Positions 26,601 to 39,426 of a stretch of DNA of 64,000 nucleotides are shown here, in pieces. How positions within the stretch are numbered: position 1 is the first letter of the stretch; the number at the start of each line of letters is the position of its first letter. The stretch is taken from assembly GCA_002633005.1 (NCBI GenBank), contig NMRA01000031.1, forward strand, positions 1,504,858 through 1,568,857. Reading direction: 5' to 3'. The notes beneath the pieces are model-generated. The model made no database searches, was not told where the DNA came from, and saw only the letters and a list, made by a program, of their open reading frames with translations. The DNA is from Phoronis australis (taxonomy: Eukaryota > Animalia > Phoronida). Made by a program: the position numbers and the translations under genes.

Positions 26601-29600
26601 GCTGTATAATCCCGGACGGCACTTAGCAATCTTTACTGATGTGTTTTTGTGAAATCAAATTTGTTGAAAGGATCAAAAACATTTTACAATTCTACTGATG
26701 TGAAAATAAAGCAACAGGTCATACTTGTTTTGACCGACCACATGAGCACTTTAAATTCACCACAGAATTGACCTATCGCCAGGATTATGACGGACGGCTT
26801 TATTGACCAATCAGAACGCAGCATTCTTGGCACACCTTCGTCTGCGTTTCCAAGCCGCCATTTTACCCGACAAACCACACGGTAGTCGGGAGTCGGGTAA
26901 AACTTACTTTAGTCTATAGCTCAAGCAATTGTCCGCTAAGAATGGGGAAACGGTGTTGATATGGCGTGTGTACCCCCGACAGCCGTTATGCTGCTCCAGA
27001 ATAATATCCCGTCATTTTTTGGCATGTTCTAAGCCGAAAACTGATGTTGAAAAGCGTAAACTATGGACCAAACTGTACGGCCACACGAGCAGCTGAACTT
27101 AGCGATGATGCTTGATAACTCGAAGGCTATAATAAACACAAATATATTAGTTCCAAGATACGTACTTTTCAGCTTGGTGGCTATGGTGCAGGGCTATCTC
27201 AGATTTTAACTCCCGAGTTTCCTACGTCTGGCCGCCTTTGTCTCGGCACCTGTTGGATCTCAGCACTCTAGCGGTAGTCCTCGGAAATTGTTGTTTTCAA
27301 GGACATTTTCATTTTATTTTATTTTTTTATTTATTTCAACCTGATGGACATTATTTTGTTTCGTATCAGAGGTGCATTTTTGTTATTTCGTAAACCGTGG
27401 GCTGGCGTTCAACTGAACTTCTCTCCCGGTCAAAATTCAGAGATCGGCACAGGGCACTGGATTACTGCCGGAACTCAAAGCCTTGGTTGAGCTGTTGTGA
27501 CTAAAAATAAACTGTTAAATTATTTTTTGACGTGTACCTGTAGCATACACTACAGTATGTCTGTAGAGTTAGAGGGAGCTCATTTTGAAGTTGTTCAAAC
27601 ATGATATTTAGATTTATGAAGCTTTAAAACAGAATTTGAGTTATTTTTGTAAATACCCTATTTTTGCAATTACCACAAAAGACTTGTAATCTTTTGTAAC
27701 CATACCACGACTTAGTGATCATGCTACCTTCAAAATTAAATGAAAGCTACCTTTATGGAATGAAACTACAAAAAATGCCAAGTTCATAAGAAGGTAGGCC
27801 TAATTTAAATGTCTTTGGTGCAAACGGACAACTCTATAAGCGGATTTAGGGGGGGGGGGCAGGGCCCCCGCGCCCCCCCATTTCCCCTGGCTGCCGCAAG
27901 CAAAATGAAACAGCAAGAGCGTGAAGCGTGAGGAAATTTTGAGTTCAGTAACTAGGACCGTTAGCGGAAGAGGGGGGGGGGGCTCAGACCCTGGCAGATT
28001 GCGGCGGTATCGGGTTTCTGTTTTTTTTAGTCCACCAATAGATTTTTTGAACAGAAGGTCCATCGGTCTACATCCCTGGCTCCTGCAACTTTCGGGCCGC
28101 CTGAGCACATACAATCGCACTTTGCCCAATTCCACGAGGCAACATATGTTGGGCCCCCGTTTGGTATCCTAGATCCGCCACTGAATTCCAGACATTAATT
28201 TGACTACGACACAGCCCTACACCTACCGGAGCTAACTGTTTGCTTAGGACGAGACGAGTGTGTACCTGAGCTATGAACCTGAATTTTTTGTTCAAAATAT
28301 TTCGTTACAAGATTAGAAAAGCGTAAACAGTGCTATCGAGTCGACCTAGTCAGAGACTAGGGTGCATGTGTTGTCTGCAGTCTATGACCTACTTTACTCC
28401 AGGAGTCCCACTAGTTGTGACCTACTTTTCATTTGGCGAAATGTAACAGACGACAGAATAAAAATATCGGTGAATCGTCACTGATTTTATTCGAAAGATC
28501 ATGAAATCTGTGGAATCGTACAGATAATTCGACTTTAAGGTACATACCCAGCTTTTCATGAACATATCGTATCAGTGGCCTTGTCATTTGTGAAGGTAGC
28601 CCCGAGGCCAAGGGGTTCTTCGGATTTTCGCTAGCTCCTCGAGCACTTATTTTTTCATCGTCACCTTTACAAATTCCCATACCATGAACGTACGATTCTC
28701 TGTTGAAAAGCATCGCCTCTTGTCTCTGTCAAAGCGTTTTCAAATAGTGCAAAAACACTCATCAATACCACCAGGAACGTCGTTTAGCGACAGAGTATTT
28801 GCCTCTGACATCTCGTTAGAGTGTCGGGTATCACGTGACTTTTTGCATAGGGGCGGAGCTTGCGATAGGTCAATTACTCGCATACTGGATGTCATTTTCT
28901 GTGCACTGCAGTGGCGTCGGGAATAATGTTTTTTTTTTCATTCTGGTTCAGGAGATGCCTGACGAAGTCGACCATAGGAAGAGTACTGGAGGGGTTCTTC
29001 CCTAGGGAGCACTGGAGGGCCTCGCCTAGAACATTTGGGAAGTCACGTTTCATTAGATGCAATATAGAGGCCTTGAAACGCCTTTTTGGTGTACTTGAAG
29101 GAAAATATTGGTCCGGAAGCTGGACCGGTTCCCGTTCCCATGCTTTGATATCCCTTCTACGTGATTGAAACCACCACGTCTAACGTGGTACAGAAATCAG
29201 TGATGCCAAGTTAACTGAAAACCAGCGACTAGGTCATTCTGTATGAAGCTTCGATAAGTTAATCATACTAGACCCACATGCATGTTTCACTGGTCTATTG
29301 TGTGTTTCATTTGGTGTATTCACACGCATTGGGGCGGAGGGCGACTTTCACAGGAATCAATCTGGCATCATTCCCAGTAAAAGGAGACAAGAGTGAAATA
29401 TTTCCGTGAGTTTCAAAAATGTACCATTGAGCTTGCGCACACAAAGCCATATGTTATCGTGGGTGCACCGCTTCGTGCAACAGTGGACTTGTTTCCCAGG
29501 TGCCATTTTGATAATCCAGTCAAACATGATCTGCATTAATAGCCTTCTTCAGTTACACATTTTAAACACTTCCCTGTTCCAATCGGTGACCTTCAACCTC

Positions 29601-32600
29601 AGAACTCTTAGGCTCCACTAATCAGTATCAAGCCCAGGGCTGATCTACTAAAATAGGCTTCAGTAAGCGTGATCTTGAGCAGTTGAATTGAAACATAATT
29701 TGCAAAGGATTTCAACCAACAATTTTGAGAAAATAAAATAATTGTCGCGATCAGTTTAGTCACTTGACTTGCCTACTCCATCAGTATCAGACAAGGGGTG
29801 CGATTACCCGACTAGCATGACAAGGTAAACCTGTCATATGCCGTTTATGTTTAAAATTAAAAACCTGTGAACAGAGCTACAACTCTGAGTCCATTACTTT
29901 AAATGTTTATTAAAATTGCAGTGCTCAGGTAGTGAACATGCCCTTTAAAGAGATTCATTCTGCAGGTCGATTGGTTTTATCCATATTATTTGAGGCAAAG
30001 CTTCTGTCATGATTGTGAACCACTGACGTGAATAATTAGCCTATAGATCATGCTGGAAACTTTCCAATGAACAGGTCGAGGTCAGAGTTTTTGTAGACAA
30101 AATCTCTATTACTTGACCAATAGCGGATTTGAAGCGACGCCATATTAAAATTAGGTTAAAATGGTGCATTGTGGGTGCTGTGGTCAGGATTCCGAAAGCG
30201 GTCATATTAACAAGCATAATACGCGGTATGAGCGCGAAGAAAACTTACGGCGGATACACTTGTGTTCCTGGCTGCTTCAAAAACAACAAGAGAGATAAAA
30301 AAATCTGAGTTTTTATGTGTTCCCTGCAAACCAAGAACTTCGTGAAAAATGGATAAACAACATTAGGAGAGCTGGGAGTAAGGGGAGATTTAGCGCATTG
30401 AAACCAACGCGGGGCCATCTAGTAGGCAACACATAGCCCCTCGGTTGGCCATATAGGGGCTACAATACTTCCATTCGCTTTCTGTTCTCATTTCGTTACT
30501 TCACTGTATTTTAAACGGTCCGTGACCGGATTTGGGATACCGATTTCGAGTTTTCACCTCGTCAAAAATACAATCTACACTTAAAACTATCATTTAAAAA
30601 ACGCTTACTTTCATCATTGGTCCTTTCTACTTCTATACGTCTTTGATGAAGCTTAGTTGTGAGAATTAAGTTGACTTTGGCGAAGAATTACAACTCCACT
30701 TGTTTGGTTGCCCTTAATTTTATCACCCCGTGAGCGATAACCGCAAAGCATGTCAACTGAATCACGTGAGTTAGGCAAAGATTAGCGCGAGACTAGCGCG
30801 CGACACTTGTAAAATAGCATGAGAAGGTATCGGGTGAAACTTGTTAGATGTGTGTCCCTTGGACTTTTTATTCGTCAACATGCGTAATTTCACGTAACTT
30901 CCTCAAAACGGCACCCGGTAACTGAGAGAAACTCGAGCAAACCGCGACATATTTTCATCGATTTGTTCAAGTTTTGCTGACTAAATTGTATTCAGAGTCG
31001 TGGTGTGTGTTAATTATAACTCCGTGTTCCTATATGTATGGTTCATTTGATTTTATTTGCTGTATTTTGAAATGGGTAACTTTTTGCGGCATCCAGTGCG
31101 ATGTAATTGCGTAGGGGCCATCGTGTGTGCAGCGAACATTTCATGGTGGAAAAAAGACGTATGAGTTCAACATTTCGACGGAGTTTCCTCTAAAAATTAG
31201 CGTCTCTAGCATATCCACGGCGAAAGCTACAAAAGTTATGCAACCCAAGAACTCTCAACTTGTCTGAAACCGGAGGAGATTTCGAAATCAACGCCGATAG
31301 CCCCAATACTGAACGTGACGACAGTCGTGCCCTCGGTCACACGGTCACTGATCATAGCTACGCTGTGTTTACAGAAAAGAGAGGACTTGCTTGGTATTAT
31401 AAAGCAAAAAAATGAAACATGGTTTTTAGTTTGCAAATCACTCCAAATGCACACACTATCCAGCCTGCTCAAGACATGCCTGACCACAAGCTATCCCATT
31501 AGCCTTCGGGCAGGAAGTAACTCGGACATGCGCAATGTGTAGTTCGTTTCCGCTGCAAATCCGCTATTTTGGAAATTCATTAACCCATAAAATCTAATTT
31601 GATATATACACTTTCAAGGTGACCATTGAGTCGGGAGGGGGGGGTTGGGGGTAGTGAATATTCTGTCTTTGAGATTGTATTTACTGGCACCCTTATGTCA
31701 TTATAATAAATAAATAAATAATTATAATAATAATAACAAATTAAAGCGGCAAGACACATTGTAATTAAACCTTGAACTTGCATGGCATTTCATTTATGTA
31801 ACTTCACACACGTTTCAGACAAATGTAACACTCACAGTGAGTGATATCTGCCATCGGAAAGCGACAGGGCAATTTCTATTTCTTGAAGCAAGCTTACAAA
31901 AAATTTGCAAGTCTTGAAATTCCACTCTGGTTTATGTTTAAGTCTAACTTGTTAGACATTGTGTCACTCTAATGGATGTCGTTCATTCGTTTTTTCCATT
32001 TTTGTTCCTGTAAGCAACAAGTTTGGATTCCGGCGTGAGGCCAGAGAATGCGTAAAAATGACTTTTTCTCGACTCTTCTGTGCCCTGATAGCTTTCTTCA
32101 TTGCACGTGACACCTGACGATGCTTTTTCCTGGAAAAATTCCACAAAGTTCTAGTTACATCCTAAAAAATCAGTGGTCGGGAGAAATTTGTGTTACAATA
32201 GGGTCGGTCAGATGTTATCTGGTATCTGTATTCTTCCGTACCTTTGTTACCCAACCGATTTCCCCCGTCCCTATCTCGATACCCCCACTCCGATGTTCCC
32301 TCGGTCCTATGTTCTCTTCCCGATGTTTCGCCGGCCCTACATTTATGTTCTCTCGTTACGACACCTCCCTACTCTTTTATTTAAGCGTTTAAAGAGCGAT
32401 ATTCAGGTGCGCCTCAACTGCATGAACCTAAACATTCGCGACTAAACGGTAAACGAAAAAACCCTGTAAATTGCTTGATATACGCAGGATGTTTATGCTT
32501 GGAACTTACAAATGGGGCACGGTTATATAATTCATGTTAAAGGAGAATCAAAAACAACTGGGATTCATTTTTGTATTAGGGTACAAGCAATGGTCGAGTC

Positions 32601-33939
32601 TCAGAATGCTCTTGGAGTAAAACTTAAATTTTAGCAATGCTTATGGTTGGCCGGGGTTATCAGTCTCGCTTATTTCTGCCTTACAGTCTTCAACTTCAAT
32701 TAGTGATGCAAAAGATAATTAACGCAAAGAAATTGATCACGGAAAATACATGTATGTGTAAGGCCGGGGTAAAATCGGGGCAGGGAAACACAGGAACATG
32801 GGACACCAACACGTGGGGTCGGGGGGAACATCAGAATAGGGGAAATAGGGCCGGAGAATTATAAGACCGAGGGGTTTAGGGACGATAGACCACTGGTAGG
32901 GAGAACGTATAGAGACGGGTAACGTAGGGACCGGGGAACATCGGTAAGGAGCCGTTTCAATTACAAAACCGGTCCAATAGCGGTACCTTTCCCCTACAAA
33001 CTTGCACAGCTTGCAGGAAGATGAAGTCTTCGGGTTTTGCTACTAAATGCTCTGAAAAAAGGAGGGCCCAGTTTACTTCAACGTCGCTTGTTGAGCTCTG
33101 CAACATATGTGTCTTCTTTTTCAGAGTCTAATCTGATGACAACCTTCCAAAAACAACTGTCTGACGCCTTTTCGTTACCGACAAATACCGGAGTGGTAGC
33201 AAGCTACGTTATGTTTACGTGGGATCTGGCAATGCACACTTATATGTGTCTCAGTGTGTTCAGAAGGAACCTGGCCGGAGGCTTGGTTTATTTGATGCCG
33301 GGCTACTTGAACAAGAAATTTTGCCTGTCTTGTATCGCCTCATATCTTTTCCTGGTTATGTGGGTGCGGTTGGTGGCGGAAGCACGCTTGGCGTGGGCAT
33401 TTGTTACGGTTATCGCGATAGTGGGCACGTCATCGTGTAGCGTCATGCTGGCGCTGAAGGAATTTCAAGATAAAGAGAAAGAATGTCCAGACTTTGTCAC
33501 TGACAGGGAGAAACTAGTCTTTTTCCTAGTTGTAATTAACGGAACAGCATTTGCAGCGGCTCGGCTAGGGGGAACTTTTCTTAAAACATTTATATTGTTC
33601 CTCCTGGGCGAACTGGGCCTAGAGGATGACACTAACTTGGCCTATGCATTCTTAACTATGCTATTGTTCCTGGTGGTGAATTCTGGCCTAACTGAACTAT
33701 TACTTTTCAGGCAGAGACTAAATTTCGTCTTTTCGCATCATTTAGTATGGACGAGTTATCCTCTGAGCATTGCCATTGCTTCCTATAGCAAAAACATAAG
33801 CACATTTCAAAGGGTTTATCCATGTTTAATTACAATAACGGCCTTTCTTTTTGCCTCCATAAAGATTGGTCTAATAGCACATGCTGTCATAAACAGGAAT
33901 GATGGTATAGGGGTGATTAAAAAACGTTTTAAGAATTAA
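17654..33939 (+). CDS. Multi-pass membrane protein paralog 2 (PTHR33802-like): join(17654..17694,24579..24669,25613..25733,33125..33939), 355 aa
   Basis: GT-AG introns, phases 2,0,1, total 1068 nt, open from ATG to TAA. TM1 exon QHDKPLMVLIVSTPLTFCVFLFFHIILP. Terminal exon VFRRNLAGGLVYLMPGYL, VVINGTAFAAAR and FVFSHHLV align with paralog 1. The first two exons are inferred from splice signals and phase only. Confidence 0.75.
18002..19840 (+). mobile_element. Kolobok-like element, copy B (3' end lost)
   Basis: Starts TTAA|AGGAGAATG and is collinear with 9396-10856. THAP MVWCIVPACSN...FRKWL...RVC../.LHF at ~18175-18350. Extra internal - strand Cys-rich remnant at ~18480-18870. Confidence 0.7.
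18480..18870 (-). pseudogene. P2X7 cytoplasmic 'ballast'-like (P2RX7_C-type) Cys-rich ORF remnant inside the Kolobok-like element
   Basis: Across frameshifts: KNRLNLSWCQ*DNCTIME / TTDACVCCHDSEM / QICLTNHPDFAQHL, matching RLxxxWCxCxxCxxM...CxCC...CxTxHxxF. Copy A supplies the upstream YQFEQEYT motif. Confidence 0.6.
19841..22265 (-). mobile_element. Non-autonomous Helitron/Helentron-type element, head-to-tail dimer with internal ~430-bp subrepeats
   Basis: Two ~1197-bp units, each with three ~430-bp TGACCTTTG-rich subrepeats (starts ~19951, 20381, 20814; 21147, 21578, 22012) and an (AAG/AAT)n tract. On the - strand there is a hairpin followed by CTAG|T at ~20994-21030, and a TT + hairpin end at ~22240-22265. 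Confidence 0.65.
22730..23592 (-). mobile_element. DNA transposon end fragment with decayed ORF start (Academ-like, tentative)
   Basis: - strand remnant ...CNFRDDRKK...EDQHTWRNL... next to clustered CCGGAAGT and AAGATGGCG motifs and a TIR-like AT-rich end. The partner end is not seen. Confidence 0.3.
26230..26460 (-). pseudogene. THAP-domain remnant of a DNA transposon
   Basis: KYYCCAAGCNSD / WMGEVKFFVFPTSLRDKIMRSEWVKLSRR across frameshifts: CxxxxC...FP...W pattern. Confidence 0.65.
28430..28875 (-). mobile_element. Interspersed repeat (decayed transposon ORF start); second copy at ~43240-43410
   Basis: ~160 bp shared with 43240-43410 (MSEANTLSLNDVPGGIDECFCTI on -), both ending GGGCGGAGCTTGCGAT. 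Family not determined. Confidence 0.55.
30122..31565 (+). mobile_element. Non-autonomous THAP-bearing ISL2EU-like element, copy B
   Basis: AT|AGCGGATTTG...CAAATCCGCT|AT (2-bp AT TSD). THAP MSAKKTYGGYTCVPGCFKNNKRD/SFYVFPANQELREKWINNIRR at 30228-30436 with a frameshift. Reverse-complement match to 4025-5540. Confidence 0.75.
32195..32955. mobile_element. MITE with inverted subterminal short-repeat arrays
   Basis: C-rich CCGATGTTCCC-type repeats at ~32230-32370 face G-rich GGGAACATCGG-type repeats at ~32765-32955. Confidence 0.55.
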
Positions 33940-35699
33940 AATGTGTTCTTGAACCATAAGAGTACAAGAGATGTGAAAGAAACACATGAAAAACTCTCAT
34001 TGCTGTGAGTTCAATGATGACGTATAAGTATCTGCCACTGATATGACGCAAATTGGACGCACAAACAGGATTACAAATCCACAAAAAAGCTGCAGGTCTT
34101 TGGTTTTCCGTTTCAGGTAACCACAAAGGCAATTTGGCACTTGAAATTTATACAAAATCATCTGTTCTGTTCCGACAACGGTAGCATTCAATACATGCTT
34201 CCGAAGATTTCTGATTGGCTGAGCCCATAGCCTGGTAATTATTTTCGAATTGCTTTGTAATTTACCGCACCACGCAAATGTGGCATAATCATTGTCATTA
34301 TTTGTAGTTTTGGCATTTTAATTTTTTTTGACTAAGTCCTAAATTTCAAAATGACGTTACTCTGAACAACCGAGGTTCAGCTGTGGCTATGACGGTTGAA
34401 GGCGTAACGCGTCTAGGGATAACTTTTGAAAATGCCTGGGAAGTAATTCATTGGCTCTACACGATTAACAAACAATTCGAGATATATAAGGATGAAAAAA
34501 GAAGTTGAAACATTGAGTGATAAGGTATAAATTTAAAATGGTGTTAAAACAGTTTTCTAGCCAAAACGATTTTTCTCAAATACCTGTATAGGCTAGTACA
34601 GATAAAACAACTATTTGAAGTAACTACTGCTCCACTCCTGGGGCTTGTAAAGATTACATATCACTATTGTTTCAAAGGAAATTTGAACATTTTCATTTCC
34701 CTTTTTACAATAAAACTTAGGTCTCGAAATACAGCCTGGCTCAAAAGTGCCCTATTATTACTTCACCCTAAGTCTAGGTTTGATAACATTTTCTCATAAT
34801 ATTTTTCATAATATGGACACCAGGCGTAGATTATTCTTTGACTCCAAAACGGACAGTATTCTAAACAGCGGAGGATAAATTAGAGGAGGTCTGATTTTTA
34901 CAAAAGGTGCTTTTGTGGCAAAGACGAGATCGCACTGATATAGCGAGGAGTAAACTCACATAGACACACTACGCCAAGATTTTTTACTGCATTTAGGAAG
35001 CACGATATCTGAGATGCAAACTCTCTTTTCATTTTTGATGATCTTCCTGTCGTTTCCCTAAAATTTCCGCAACAGTAATCGGCATTTCAAATGACAATAG
35101 TACAAAAGTGGACCAAGACATATAGTTACGTCACACACGATACCTGAAAATAAGACTGTTTCTTTCTCAAATGAAGATAAAATGCGACAATATCACCACC
35201 ACGATATGACGTTCCCACTGGGGCGCGATATGGGTGTGAATACGACGTTCCCATTAGTGCGGCATGGTATGGATGTTAACACAGAACCTCTTTTCAACCG
35301 ATTGCCGTGATGCTATAATAAAAGGGCATACAACTACTGTACAAAATTGTCGCCCATCTTGCACGTCTAGAAATATTCGAAGCATGTCCATCGGGGAGAA
35401 ATTTACGTCACACATTTTATCTGCAACACGATCGCTAATTACATTTATTAACAATTAATGTCACAAGTACGTCCAATTTTACCCGATTCAAACCGAACGC
35501 CAAAATCCACAGCAAAGGCAGCGTGTCTTTTCTAGTGCATTCACATCAACCGATGCGCATGCTCGCCACGCCGCTCAAAACATCGCCAGAAGACTTACAG
35601 CAACTACAGCAAAATGCAGTAACATTACAGGTACAGTACACTGAGACTTGTGGCTACAATTTGTGATCTTAACGATCTAATCAGGCCGGTACACAAGGC

Positions 35700-36330
35700 T
35701 TTGCCACGAATGTTGCCGAGGCAATAAGATGAGAATGTGGGTGCACTAATAAGTAATACACTGTAGCATTTATTGCTGTCGATGTACAATCATGCATAAA
35801 TGTGCCACAGGGCACAAAAATCTTCAAGGAGCAATGGGCCGAACGTTCGCTTTTGAAATATATTTTTCATGGGAAAGTTGTAGGATTTCATATTGTGGTA
35901 ATAAAAGTTGTCATCAATGTGATAATCGGGCTTCAAAACTGCAGCATTATTTCGGGCGACTTTATTAACTGTGTGCTCGTCCTGAACACGACTTTTCTTT
36001 AAAATACTGTTTGGGCACACTGGCGCGATAGATAGAGGCTTCAAAATCAGATATTTCGCTGTGGACAGCCAGGTCTGCTTCGGTGACGTAGATATGAGCA
36101 GAGATGAGGTCTATGGTACATGATCTGCACTCAGTGACTGCTGACCATAGCATTTTTCGAAACGATGAGTTGAACTAGGACAACAACTGTAAAGTTAGGA
36201 CCAGCTTTTCGGATAACGGATCGCAGGCGGTGATGAAATGAAACTACAGTCAACGGTTACGGAGCTTTATTAAAGGACTCCAAAAAGATTCTAAGAACAG
36301 CACCTTCACCTGCTGATATTAGTATTCTTG
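35700..36330 (-). pseudogene. Highly decayed MULE (Mutator-like) transposase remnant
   Basis: In order across frameshifts: RILISAGEGAVLRIF, TVDCSFISSPP (cf. xDGTFxxxP), EISDFEASIYRA (cf. xDFExAxxxA). Confidence 0.4.
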
Positions 36331-37176
36331 CAACAAACGTACATGTAAGTGACACGTGCACAACACAAAGTAAAATTCTCCTCCAGTGAATTGAAATGCC
36401 TGAAGATAAACGTTGACTGACTAAAACGGCCAAACGTATGGAATTGCGTCTTTAAGAATTATAATAAGTTGCCATGCAAACTCAAATGCCACACCATTGC
36501 TCAATACTTTGAAAAAAAACGAAATTACAAGCTAAGAAGACCCTGGTTAAAATCGCAAATAACACCACAACAGCTTTTTGCATCAGCATACGGCACATTC
36601 ACTCGCTCAAATGAATCCTCCGTTCACTTATGGCACCAATTTCAGTGATGATCCTCAGAGTGGTTTGTATGACAGAGAAACTGACGGCAAATAATAAAAA
36701 TAGCCACAATACGTCGAACCTTTTCAAAAATGAATATGTGTCATCAGCTCTTTAATAGAAATCAGCTTGCCAAATTTCATTAAAATCCTCCAAAAAACTC
36801 TTGGCCAAAGATACAAGGAAAACGTAAAAAGGTGAAAAAGTTGCACAGCGGTAAACAAATCCGTTGCAACCACCAGATTACACTAACAACTTACATGCTA
36901 GATTCTGATTGAATAATCCAAACTATTCTTTGGTAAACAAAATACCTAGGGGGTTATGCCAATCAATAACTACATGTATCTGCCAGAACACAAAAAAACA
37001 ATAGAACAAAAATACAGTGGAATAAAATAATCAAACTGAGAACAGTGTCAGTCTACTCCTAAGATACAAGAACACCAAATTTTTTTAGCATATTTTGCTT
37101 CGTGCTGGCGATAGACTGTACCACATGCACCGCCTACGCATTACATTTTCAATGCAAAAAATCTGTGATCTTGTAT

Positions 37177-39246
37177 AGACCCAATTCACGCCGACAGGAG
37201 GCGAGTTCCAAAACGAGGCTCGCTAAGATAGCTCTGTTGGCTTATCGGCATAGTTGTATTCTTGTTGCTTGAAAGGCAAGAAAAAATACGGACTCTCAAC
37301 TGTCTGTTTTCCCTAAGGACGGTGATATTCGAAGCGTTGTGTCGTTGCGATGAAGGAAAATATGTCCGTGTAAAATTTATAAATGTTTTCGAAAAGTTAA
37401 ATCATATTTTGTCGCATCTCGGTTGCCGACATCATAGCAACGACCGGAAAATCTTCGGCCAGCCAGACTGTGTTTTCATGACTACGCATAGGTGGCACAG
37501 AACTGAAAGAAGTGGGGGGACTCAAGCCTCCTCAGCCCCCCTTGGTGCATCGCTTATAAACCATGTGCGGCTTAGCCTCCCCTCCCATGGTGCGCCGTCC
37601 ATGCTACGGGTTGAAACATGATGCGTTTTTTTCCAAAAAGGACAAGGCCCTGGGGCCGAATATCTGACCTATTTCCCTCTCAGAAATATTGAAAAATCAC
37701 GCGAAATTCATTACGACTTGTTCGACTCTATAGCCCAACAACAAGATGGGAAGATGACCCCTGTAGCCAATATCTTACGCGACTGATTCCATTCTGGCAT
37801 TTAAGGTTGGAGGGCCACCTATCTTTTGTTCGATAATTTCTCTAATTTCCAATAAGATGGTATCTAGCCTGACTCTGATGGGTGCTGTTTAAAATGGAAG
37901 TTAAGTTATAACATATTTGAACATAATCAACAGCATTTCTGGAATCCTCGTCAAACGGTGATCAAGTTTTGTTTTTGAATCGCCAAAATCGCGCAACTGC
38001 AATCGAAATTACGACAATCTATTCTTTGCGAACGTACCGGCCGGGGCCAACGCGCTCTGGGTTTGACTGTGTTCACGTGTGGTCTATAATAAGCCTTGTA
38101 GATAATTGGCTTGCCTGTTGTCATACCAGACAAAAGACTGTGCTTGGCAGTTAACAAAGAAACTAGATGTTATCACACACTCACAACCCTCTACGTCTGG
38201 TAAAGTCACTGAACGGGAAAACGCCGTCATGTGCCCCCAAGAGGTCTAAAATTTCCCCTCAGTGATTGAAAATTTCTCTCCGGAGAATCACCTGTAACCA
38301 CACAGGTGACAATTTGAAAGAGCACAAAATGCTAATTGAGATAGAGCCTATGAGAGTTTTCAACAGGGAGGGGGTGCTATTGAGGGGGATCGGGAGGTAG
38401 ATTTTCCCCTCACTGCTCGGCGAAAGAATACTCTCTCAGAAGGCACAGACACCTTTCCCTTCGGATAAACGAGGCCCCTGAAGAAACATGATTGGTAAGC
38501 TTGTTCTGTCCAGTTAACTGAAATTGAGCTCTAAAACGAGGTATATGCTTTGGACGAACTAATTGGGGGTTTTGATTTTAAAATTCAATTTGGTCCAAAT
38601 TTGAATCCTAACACATGGAATAGACGTAAGAATTATTAACACCAAGGAAGCAGAACTGATGATCAAATAATTTTTATTTTCGATTACGAGCCTAGTTATT
38701 TATTTTAATAAAACATATATTTAATAACATCAATTATTCTTTCAGATCAATGACAAATCAACTATAAGTCCCGGTAGTCCTTACCTCACTAGGACCTAGG
38801 CTATGCTTGATGTTAATATTCTTTATCAACAAATTAAACGAGTGACTAATTGCACATGACAGCAAAATACGAGCAGTTGACCTGGTTCGTGTAGAAGCCA
38901 TTTTTAACAACAATTTACAAGAAGAAGCTCAAACCTGCATTCAGCATAATCCTAATCCGTAACACTGCGATCGCCGCAATTTGGTCAAATTTACTTTCCA
39001 TGTTTCGAACATTGTTTTGCGAAAAAAATTTATACCCTTTCGTCTGACAACTCTTTGGTGCATTGATTTGTTCTCTAATATATTTTTCTTACGTCTCTGT
39101 GGTTAATTATCGACACATTTTAAAGATTTAATATCCAGGTTGGACTCGAAAGATCGACCATTTAACTCACGCATGATCAACTTCCTCTTTGTTTATCGCA
39201 GTGAGCCTCGCTTTGGATTTTAATGTCCGCCGCGTGAATTAGGTCA
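37177..39246 (+). mobile_element. ISL2EU-like non-autonomous element with nested repeats
   Basis: AT|AGACCCAATTCACGC...CCAAAACGAGGCTCGCT vs AGTGAGCCTCGCTTTGG...GCGTGAATTAGGTCA|AT. THAP-like remnant SCILVA...SVFPKDGDIR at ~37250-37360. Internal pieces resemble 12550-12720 and 13370-13480. Confidence 0.6.
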
Positions 39247-39264
39247 ATACGAGCTGCCACTTGC

Positions 39265-39426
39265 ACTATTGGTTATGACGTCAGTATTTACTAGCGGCAC
39301 CAGTTGTAACAGCACAATTTACTTCCGGCATGAACGTCATCGGCTCACAAACCGGAAGCTGAGATGAGAATTAAGAATGTACATCCTGTGGAAAGTCCAT
39401 TGAAAAGCATTGGAGTAAAGGTGAGT
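39265..39426 (+). promoter_or_regulatory. Candidate promoter and first exon (possibly of paralog 3)
   Basis: ATTGG (CCAAT), TGACGTCA (CRE), two ETS cores (ACTTCCGG, CCGGAAG), then a consensus donor AAG|GTGAGT at 39420/39421. Confidence 0.4.

Noticed and set aside
33037-33124. N-terminal 29 aa of the 300-aa ORF (TTG start, transit-peptide-like)
   Set aside because: It lies upstream of a strong acceptor (TCTTCTTTTTCAG, 33124) whose phase matches paralog 1; it is intronic read-through.
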